A DNA stretch of 64,000 nt from Felis catus (lineage: Eukaryota): NCBI RefSeq assembly GCF_018350175.1, contig NC_058368.1, positions 127,846,001 through 127,910,000 on the forward strand, read 5' to 3'. A program made the translations under genes and the position numbers. Under the pieces are notes generated by a model. It saw nothing but the letters and a program-made list of their open reading frames with translations. It was not told where the DNA came from and made no database searches. This document shows, one piece after another, positions 54,615-64,000 of this stretch (positions are counted from its first letter, which is position 1; each line of letters starts with the position of its first letter).

Positions 54615-56134
54615 GTAACATTTTTTTTTCCAAACGAAGAAATGATTTTGGTGAAAATGGCAATACTGGTCATTTTTCTGTTTATCCTCTCACCTTTTAA
54701 ATGTTATCAGTCCACTTCCTCCTACAAGTCCTACTAGCTCACCTTTTCTCTTTTAGTATCTTTTAGTGCTGGATATGTTCCAGATAACTACTTTCTTGCA
54801 AAGTCTGCAGCAAACACTTTCCTTTTCATTCCAATCCTTTGTTTAAGGTTTTCATTTCCTTACTCTTCAACCTACCATTTACTACCAAAATATTAATGTC
54901 AATATTTTGTAAATCAGTCTATATTCAACTATAAACTAAAAATACAGAACTATTATTATCTTTATTTTCCTTTTCTTTAGGGGACTAAACTAACTCTAAT
55001 AAAATCTGAATAAAATATCCTACCTCATTTTCCTGGAACATGATTTATACTAACTCCAAAGAGCCCCTGATTCCATAACACATGATTCACTATCAGTCAT
55101 CACTTTGCTCCCCACTATCCTGAATATTCTTGAAGATTTCCTTATTTACCTCTCTGGTAACTAGTCTTCTCTCCCAGATGTTAACAGGGGACCTACAAAC
55201 CATGAAAAATTCATTCTCTAATTTCCTTGGCAGCTACCAACTCTCTTTCTCTTCTTTTGCTTCCAAAACCACAAAAGGAGAAATAGAGATAATATTCAAC
55301 CTGTGATGAATTCCTTTTCCCATTCCTTACTTCTTTAACAGCCCCCTAATCTAACTTCTGCTCACATCACTTTACTGAAAATCTTTCACAAAGATAACCA
55401 TAAACACCAAATGGCCAAGCAATTTGTCTATTCTCAATCTACATGTTATTTGATCTTTCTGTATCTCATGGCAATTTAACCACATTCTTCTGAAAACCAC
55501 TCATTTTTCTGCTTCAAGGTCACTGTATAGATGTCATTTCCTACCAGTTCTGTGGACTATTTCTTCCCTATTTTCTACAAGTTGGCATTACCTAAACAAG
55601 TTTTTTGTCACAATTCTCTTATCTTCCCTTGCTTGAAGCCATCCAATCCTAAAATGACCACTATAATAAACATGAGTGAACCCACATCCCTACGAAACTG
55701 CTCTGATGACCTCTGGTTCTGATGGCCTCCTGTTAAGTAGGGTTTACTTATGCTGGCTGCCACATGGCCAATCTATGTTCCAGTTGTCCCATTTCCACCC
55801 TTGAAGATATATGGTGAGGTTCCTCCAAGGAGTCTCATGCATTTACCACCCTAGAAGGCTTCTATGTCTGTGCTTGATTGCTTTCCTCAGCTTAATTCTC
55901 CCTGTAATATATTTGTCAAGTAGACTTCACAGTTCTTAGCCCCTATATAGAAAGTTTTCCTGTTTTTCAGGGTGGTTGGAGACTATGTATGTGTGTGTGG
56001 GGGGGGGGGGTGGTCTTCAGTGAAAATCTGTGGCTCAAATAGCCATTCTGAATTAAATTCCACGGATTACTTTCCCACTATTGTAGCTGAAGCCATTTTT
56101 ACCTTACACTTGTATTAATCCCATAACCACTAGA

Positions 56135-56325
56135 TTAGTGTTTTTCAAGCCACCTACATCATAATCTTCCAGTGTGGTGTTTATTAAAATGTAGTTGTGT
56201 ACACTTTAGTCTATTTCTACTGAAACAAAATCTCAGGGGATGGGGTCCCGGTGTGAAGCTTTTCCAGGATATAATAACAAGCTTCCTTGGGAGATTTTGA
56301 CATACACAGAACCTGGAGAACCACA
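56135..56325. mobile_element. MER5-like hAT DNA transposon remnant
   Basis: agtgtttttcaa ... ggagaaccac terminal-repeat-like ends. Confidence 0.55.
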
Positions 56326-56789
56326 GCACAAGACTAGAGAGAAGAGCTCTAAAGGTCTTGACATGCCTTAAAGTTCACAAAGTGTCCACACATGGCTAAC
56401 TTATTCTTCCTAAAACATGGTTTGAACTTTATGTCATTCTTTCAATGCAAATATTTTTCACTGTGGCCAGCAGCACAATAAAGCTCTCTATCCTTATCAG
56501 ACTGCCGCTTCAAGTATTCCACAATCTAACTCTCATCTAGCCTTGCCATCATTACTTGGAGACACAAACACAAACCTTATGTTCACATGTTTCATCTATG
56601 ACTTTAGAGGTCTCAGTTAATATTCATATGAAAAATATGATTAATACCATTCATTTAATAGTTTCCAAATGCAAACACCAAGAAAGTTCTGTAAGATTCA
56701 GGAATTCACAAAAAGCAGTAAATAGTTGTAAAACATATCATACTTACACATATATGTGTATATATATACACACACATACATGCATATAG

Positions 56790-56849
<60 letters not shown>

Positions 56850-56939
56850 CTTAGGAGAGAATGCTTTCTCTGCAAGGACAGTCTGTATATCTTTACACAA
56901 GAATATACTTGCTTCAGTTGAGATTCAAATGAAGAAGAG

Positions 56940-57530
56940 CAGTCACTGTGGAAAACAGTATGGAGTTTCCTCAAAAAATTCTAAATAGAACTACCATATG
57001 ATCCAGTAATTCCACTAATGGGAATTTACCCAAAGAAAATGAAAATACTATCTCAAAAAGATGTATGCACCCCTGAGTTTATTGTAGCATTATTTAAAAT
57101 AGCCAAGATATAGAAACAACCCATAGATGAACGAAGAAGATATTACTCAGCCACAAAACAGAATGAAATATTGCCGTTTCCAACAATATGGATGGATTCT
57201 AGAGGGTATAATGATAAGTAAAATAAGTCAGTCAGAGAAAGACAAATACCAAATTATTTCACTCATAGGTGGAATTTAAGAAACAAAACAAGCAAACAAA
57301 AAAAGAGAGTCTTAGATATAGTGAACTAGTGGTTGCCAGAGGGGAGGTGGGTGAAGGGGATCAAGAGTTGATTTACCATGATGAGTAATGAGTAATGTAT
57401 AGAATTGTTGAATCACTATATTGTACTCTGGAAACTAATATAACATTGTATGTTAATTATAATGGAGTTTCTAAAAGAAATAAATTTTTAAAATAAAATT
57501 TAAAATTAAACAAATTTTAAAAATAAAAAG
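56940..57530 (+). mobile_element. L1 ORF2 end plus 3' UTR (L1MA/L1_Carn-like)
   Basis: cactgtggaaaacagtatggag, atagaactaccatatgatccag, gtcagtcagagaaagacaaatacc, A-rich tail. Confidence 0.9.
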
Positions 57531-59419
57531 AATTTAAATAATTCTTATAGGCCCTTGCCTTGCTGAATCACGAAGTTTGAAAAACTTCCTTCAGAAGTAG
57601 ATTGTCATGATTCAAATCCCACCTTTTTAATTGACATTGGATAAGTTACTTAATATCTTTGCCTCAGTTTTTTCATTTGTAATATGGACATAGTGAGAGG
57701 ACTTATTAGGTTGTTGTGGGAAATTTATAAGTTAATATAGAAAATGAACAAAGGATAGTGTCTAACATCCATAGTAAGTATATGTGATATATTCACACAC
57801 ATACATAAAAACACATGCATATGTATAAGTAAGAGAAATACAAAACTTAATCTTATACTTAAGAAGTTTGAAGTACTTATGGCACGTTCAGATATAAAAT
57901 CAAAACCTGTAAATCACAAAAGGTTTGGTCTTTGGTCAAACAGAAAGAGATTTGGTGTCTTCAATATATAAATGGAACTCAAAGACACAGACTTAAATGA
58001 GCTGACCCTGAGAGAAGATGTAAAGAGAAAGAATATGAGAAACTTTGGGACAGAAGCTAAAATTAGAACCCTTAGGCAGATCCAGGCTCTCTTATTTAGT
58101 GGACTTGGCATCTAACTAAATGTGACAAGCATTATTTCTGGTTCTAAAAAATAACCTATGAGCAAAGAAACCCTTCTTAGACAAAATAACATTGTTATGC
58201 ATCTCAGTGGTGCTATATAGAGACATTAACATTATTTACACTCTCATTGTGTAGCTGTTCATCAAATCATTCCTTCATATATACCCACTGGGTTAGAAAC
58301 AATTCATTTTTCAAGACAAGTTATGAAAAATAACTGATTGTGCTTCATGAAGAGCACTGATAGGCTAACAGAAAAGATGGTGCATCTGAATAACTCCAGG
58401 AAGGAGCTGGGGTCTATAAACTTCACATATCTATGGAGGACAGTGACCCAGGGTTCACAAAGTGAGGAGGGCCACTCAGTAGGAAGGCATGGCCCACAAG
58501 CCACATCTGCTTCACAAAAGTGCTAGCAATGCAAGGACTACTCCTCAGAACCAATGGGATGTGTGGACACTGGGTGACCTATAGCACCAGACCCATGTGA
58601 TACTCAGAAAGATTGTTCTTTTGAGTCACTGTGCCCCTGGAAACATGGAGACAAGTAGGCAGCTTCACTCTCATGGGCAGGCTTCTGTCAGGTGGGCATG
58701 TGGATCTTTGAGGTCAGGTTTGATCCATAAAGTTGTCCAGTTCCCCCAGACAGAGAGCACTGAGGCCCTGACCAGGTATCGTGTGTCTGCATTCCTGGCA
58801 ACTAGAAGTGCTACTTGCACACCTTCCCACCTGGGAGTGTTGGTTGTGTTGTCTAGTGATTATTTTTATCCACTTTTTGAGGATGAGAAACAAGATTCAT
58901 TTAAAGGTCCAGGAAAGGCTGGGAAATGCTTGACAAGCATTCATTTGAAATTATTTCCAACTCACAGAATCACCTCAGTATGAAAATGTCAGTTGAGATT
59001 CAGTAACCATGGAAAAGATGAAACAGGCATTAAGACACACAAGGAGATGGTCTGAACCCTAACGAGTAAATATGGGCTAAACATACAAATTAGTCAGTCT
59101 TTGGCATATAAGCAATGATTGAAATTTGAAGCATGTAAGGTATAAAGGAAAAAAACAAAGAGGATCTAGAACCAAGTTTAAGGAATTCCCAGTGCGTAAT
59201 GGCCAAGCAGAAGTTGAAAAGGGAGATAGACAAAGAGCCAGGGATGAAAAAAGAAAACCCAGTAGAGAGGGATATAATTGACACCAGCAAAGAAGAGCTG
59301 TCAGAACACAAAGAGAGGAAGAGAATACATCCAACTAGTCACCCTGTGAAAGGTTTTACTTATTGCCTGGAAGTTGGAAAAGATCTGAAATAACATAAGT
59401 TAAAGTTCTGAGATTGGAC

Positions 59420-59975
59420 TAACGTGCCCCAAACTATAATCCTGCATCAATAAACATGACCTCAGGACGGATCAAAGTCTCCTGAATGACATTGTCCAAA
59501 AGAAATAGGCACATATTATAAGTATAATGTGGATGGAACACAGTTTTAAAGGAATCTAGAAAGAAATTAATTTGTATATGGCTCAGTGTCACTTGACCAG
59601 AGAGTGGCAGGGAATCAGCAAAACCCAATCTCTCTTCCCTGGGACCACATCTAGACCACAATGCCATGCAAGGACATATGAATGTAAGAGGCACAGAAGC
59701 AACACATTCCGTTTCTGGGCCTGCTTACAGAGAACCTCTCTGGTTTCTCCATTAACAAGTGATAGAAGAGAAGTTTGAAGCTTAAGAAGAGAATCAAGCC
59801 ATATTTTCAAAGGGAGAAATGAAGATACTCCAGCGACCAAGTAGGAGGCAACCCACCAACGGGAAATATCAACTAACTTCACAAAGACAAGAGATAAACT
59901 TCAATTTCTCTAGCTATTGGAATTTGGGGAGTTGTCTATTACAATAGTCCGTATTAATTATATTAACTGATTCAC
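59420..59975 (+). mobile_element. Old MLT1-type LTR
   Basis: Degenerate MLT1-like 3' end (ttggggagttgtctattacaatag...taactgattca). Confidence 0.5.
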
Positions 59976-60037
59976 TGAGGCTGATGACTTTGGGCGCTAC
60001 TCACACAGACAGTATTTATCACGCAATCTACAATTAC

Positions 60038-60228
60038 CTTCCACCCCTTGTTGATTCACTAGTGAATTGTATTGCAAAGATTAGGAACAGAATGTTCAAA
60101 GCCAAAGGGCCATAAATTTGCTACGAAGAATTTCCTTATATCTAGATGGGTCAAAATAATTTAAAGTTTTCTTTTTCCGGCAAACAGTATACTTTCTTGA
60201 AGTAAATTCTAGCTAAACTACACTCTTA
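60038..60228 (-). pseudogene. Exon: ...EFTSRKYTVCRKKKTLNYFDPSRYKEILRSKFMALWL*TFCS*SLQYNSLVNQQGVE
   Basis: GAAG|gtaatt donor. The acceptor is either mutated (ttttcctcttctgg, 60228) or weak (60208). FD..KEI....M..WL..F..S..Y resembles the RGS C-terminal helices. Stops at 60096-60098 and 60081-60083. Confidence 0.65.
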
Positions 60229-61915
60229 CCAGAAGAGGAAAACAAAGTTCCATTTTATTCCTTTGGCTGACAGTTAATTAAAAAGCAAATTTTAATTTTG
60301 TCATCAATATTGTGTTATAGTGATTTAAATAGTAATTAAGCAAAATGTAGTTATCTCAAACCGAAAAAGAAAACTCCAGATTTTTAAAGCATGTATTCTT
60401 TGCTTACAAGGACACAAAAATTCATTTAAAATATGTGTTTATGCACTCATATGCAAAATATGCAAATGCTCATATGACAGCTTGGCAAAGATGCTGGGAA
60501 TCTTTAGAGAAAACCTAATGGATATTGCATATTCTTAATCAAGACTTCTTTTTTTAAAACCTTTGGAGAAGGAAATAAAAGACCAGTAATAGTGTGGGGA
60601 TGGGATTTGAAAAGGTGCACAGGAAAGAAGAAATGTTGAATGCAAGAGAGAAAGCATTGCTAACATGATTGAGATGTTTTCTGGGTTCTTAGTATTTTTT
60701 AGGCTAATTTCAATTTCAGGCTATGTGATGAGTAATTCGACGACGGTAATTTGATTTTTATCTCTCTTTTACCTAGGATCAGCTACATCATTCACAGGGC
60801 CCATCTCAGTGTGGGGCCCCATGTGAACACACAGGGTGCAGAGAGCCATGAAAGTGAACCTGCCCCTCTATCTCACTGTGAAAAAAAATTCAAAGTAACA
60901 AACCTAGAGTCAATATTTTTCAAGTGTGGTGAATGGAAATATTTGGTTGTAGTTGTTAAAGTTTTGTATTAACTATAGCTGTTAAGCCATGTTGCCCCAT
61001 AAAGACTCTGATACTTGTATAAAATCCTTGGTTTCCTGCCTTTCTTTTTATTGTGTCATGTAGATAATAAAAATGTGACTAGAAAAAAAGGTCTCTAAAA
61101 CAAAACAAAGCAATATCCTTCTTTGCCCTACACTTAAATGACACATGAGAGGAAACTGCGCTGCCACACTTGCCACAGCAAGTTCTGTGGTTGTAGAGTT
61201 CAGCTGTGGTCCAGTATGAAAGAGATGACACAAACATGTGAAAACTGGGAGATGGGATCACTGACAGCCATCTTGGAGGCTGCCTAAAACAGAATGTTTC
61301 TTCTGATGCCCATTTCCTGTTATGCTGATCATGAGGGAGGCTATGCATGAATGGTAGCAAGAGTTATATGAAAAATCTCTATACCTTCCACTCAATTATG
61401 ATATGAATGAAAAAGTACTCTTAAAAGAAGTCTAATTTTTCAAATATCTTTTAGATTTTTGCTGCTTATTAACTTATATACCATCCTATCCTGGAAAGAG
61501 TTTACAACATGATGGATTCTAAACTAATTTAAACTAATGTAGACAACTTCCCTCATTATCAATAAATGGTAAATTTAACTATAATTATCTTCAGTGGAAA
61601 AAATAGAAACAGCACATTATAAATACTCAATTACCTGATGAGTTTAAGTAAGAATTAAAGAAAACCAGTAAACCAGACAATTATACTCATTTATTCATGC
61701 TTTAGGCACGTAATTGGGGTTCACAATCTGCCACAGATGCTTGCTGGTGAAACCAAAGTGAGGGAGACATGGTTATTAAAAACGGCACATTTGAATTTCT
61801 AATATAAGTAATACAAATATACTAAAGGCACAAATTTTAGTACCGGAAAGTTCATTCTTCATTACATTTAAAATACTATTCAAGTAATTTTAACTTAAGG
61901 AATAAGTGTACTAAC

Positions 61916-62032
61916 ACAGGTAAAGACACTTTGAGAGGCATCTGTGTGTCCAAACAAAGTAGGAAGGGATTATATACCGTGTCCCAAACCATAATGTCTT
62001 TTATTACTTCTTTCTCCAGTTGCATTTCACGT
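61916..62032 (-). pseudogene. 117-nt exon: REMQLEKEVIKDIMVWDTVYNPFLLCLDTQMPLKVSLP
   Basis: ttttattgtttggtag| acceptor and a single open frame (phase 2->2). LEKE..DIMVW resembles the RGS helix-3/4 motif. Donor position is uncertain. Confidence 0.6.
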
Positions 62033-62631
62033 CTACCAAACAATAAAATGCATTATGTTTCCACAAAAACAAGGCATCAAAATCCAAGTTCTGGCTCTGC
62101 TACAAATTGTGTAATCTGGCACAAGTCACCTAATTTCCTTGGATTCTCAGTTCTTTCATGTCTATCAAGTGAAGGGGATAAACTAGGTGATCTCCAATTC
62201 TCTCACCTTGCCAATCAGCCCCCAACATTACCATCGAAACAAATTTCAGTCATGAGCTAGACCTACATTTGAGGCCATACCCTACCACTCCCTAGCAGTA
62301 AATTTTTGGCAAATCCCAAAACCTAAACTGTCTTATCTATAGAGATAACCTCCTGGAACTGTTAAGAATATTTTAAAAATTGAGATAAGTTGCTCCTAAT
62401 CCAGTGTTTGAAACCTAGTAAGCACTCCAAAGATGTTAGCTAACACGAATTAGTGTTATACTAAAAAAATTCTAAATTCTTTTGGTTATTCAGCTGCTGA
62501 TTCTTTCCAATGATAGGTAGACCACTATTTCATGTGAAACTTCCTTCCATTCGAAGACAACTCCGTTACAGAAGTTTTTCTTAATAAGCTTAACCCTGAC
62601 TCCTTGCAACTCTATGTTCTACCATTTATAG

Positions 62632-63187
62632 CAGTGGTTTTTAACCTGAGGTCCACAAAGATATCAGGAGGTCCATAAATATGGATGAAAAACATTACAT
62701 CTATATTTTTACTACTTCTAACTGAAAAGTAGCATTTACTTCAATTATGAATAGAGTCACTAAACCACAACAGTTTGTGTGACTTTGTCACTAATGTTTT
62801 TCCATCTCATTAGAGATGCTGTGAATATTCCAAAATAAAGTATGATAGACATACTATACTTTGTTATTTCATGAATAAATATGCACACATATATCAATGT
62901 GTTTTAATATTCTGATATTTTATATTAATATAATTGTTTTCCTTTTTAATCCTGTAATTTTCTTTTATATTTAAAAATGTGTTGAGGGGTGCCTGGGTGG
63001 CTCAGTCGGTTGGGCGTCCGACTTCAGCTCAGGTCACGATCTCGCGGCCCATGAGTTCGAGCCCCGAGTCAGGCACTGGGCTGATGGCTCAGAGCCTGGA
63101 GCCTGCTTCTGATTCTGTGTCTCCCTCTCTCTCTGCCCCTCCCCCATTCATGCTCTGTCTCTCTCTGCCCCAAAGATAAATAAACGT

Positions 63188-63240
<53 letters not shown>

Positions 63241-63330
63241 AAATGTGTTGAGAAGGCATCCATAGACTTTTCCAGTCGGCCAAAGGAATCTAGGTCATAC
63301 ACATATACACATAAAAAGGATAGGAAACTC
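62632..63330. mobile_element. hAT-Charlie-like DNA transposon containing a young CanSINE (62986-63245)
   Basis: cagtggtttttaacctgaggtcc start; the SINE is flanked by TSD aaaaatgtgttgag. Confidence 0.7.
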
Positions 63331-63412
63331 TACTAGTTAACTCTACAGTAAGCTAGAATAATTCTACTCCCTTTCTCATTAATGAAACCCTCAACCAATA
63401 AAAGATAAACAC

Positions 63413-63501
63413 CTGATTTTCAGATGCCTTGTCTTTCATTCTGCCTCTTCTAAACGTTTCTAATTGAGCATGCTTCCAGGTATGTCCCATGGAACACTAG
63501 T
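63413..63501 (-). pseudogene. 89-nt exon: D*CSMGHTWKHAQLETFRRGRMKDKASENQ
   Basis: ttgcag| acceptor and CAG|gtgttt donor. Phase 1->0 matches the preceding exon. In-frame TAG at 63497-63499. Confidence 0.65.
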
Positions 63502-63858
63502 CTGCAAGTTTATCCATGAAAAAGAAAATAGTCCTTTGCTCAAAAATGAGGGGGGGAAAGTTGGGGAAAGCCTCCAATACCAGAAGCAATAAGAGGAAGA
63601 AGAAAGAAAGTAAGTACCTGGAGAAAGAAGTAAAGTTAAAATGTTTTTTGTGGAACTTGTGTCTGAAGAAAGAAGTGAAAGAGTCATTAGAGAAGGAAAT
63701 AGTCTAAATAGTGGTATAAGAGATGATGTTACAATTATAGTCCTATAAGAAGGATGAGGGGATCAAGGTAGAATCAAAGTACAGTAGTTTAAGGTGAATA
63801 CAAATTATTTCAGGACACCAGAGTAGGACATTTCCTCCAGGCCTCCCTGTGAACTCAC

Positions 63859-64000
63859 CTTGGACAGCCACAATGCATACTGGTACATTAAAGACAGAAG
63901 TAATTCCCAAAAGATGTCTGTTGAATTTGCTTAACAACTCATCCCTTCCAAGCTTCTTTGACTCCATACCTTCCCTTTTCATAATACCCATTAACATTCT
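63859..64000 (-). pseudogene. Exon, 5' cut by the window: RMLMGIMKREGMESKKLGRDELLSKFNRHLLGITSVFNVPVCIVAVQ
   Basis: Open frame ending at a strong donor CAAG|gtgagt, phase 1. Confidence 0.75.

Larger units (their letters stand above)
514..64000 (-). pseudogene. Unprocessed, decayed multi-exon gene encoding a multi-RGS-box (RGS22/RGSL1-like) protein; 5' part lies beyond the window
   Basis: More than 20 segments with polypyrimidine-AG acceptors and GT donors on the minus strand. Phase-consistent chains at 49831->44519, 10502->5455 and 3580->514. RGS-like motifs recur. More than 10 in-frame stops, plus frameshifts. Confidence 0.75.

Noticed and set aside
908..63302. Recurrent ORFs containing WVAQSV/AQSLEPASDSVS
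   Set aside because: They are CanSINE translations, not genes.
63859..63900. PVCIVAVQG resembles the GBP/atlastin/RNF112 strand before the P-loop
   Set aside because: No GxxxxGKS follows in either the genomic or the spliced reading.
514..64000. Identity with known genes or cat pseudogenes (GCKR, RGS22 or RGSL1 themselves)
   Set aside because: The peptides do not match my recollection of these proteins at orthologue-level identity, so no symbol is assigned.

Overview
AT-rich mammalian DNA from a cat-family (Felidae) genome, judged from the many young tRNA-derived SINEC_Fc-type CanSINEs. It also holds L1 3' ends, MLT1/ERV LTRs, MIR/L2 relics, hAT DNA transposons, a U6 retrocopy and microsatellites. 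None of the supplied ORFs is an intact gene. The main signal is on the minus strand: about 25-30 short exon-like segments, nearly all with canonical AG/GT boundaries, spread over the whole window (from the right edge to a terminal exon at 514-640). Several long runs of them join in consistent splice phase. The spliced translation shows repeated RGS-box-like motifs resembling the multi-RGS proteins RGS22/RGSL1, but it carries many in-frame stops, frameshifts and mutated acceptors. The best reading is an unprocessed, decayed (possibly unitary) pseudogene of an unnamed RGS22/RGSL1-like paralogue whose 5' end lies beyond the window. The family assignment comes from motif recognition from memory and needs an HMM or tblastn test.
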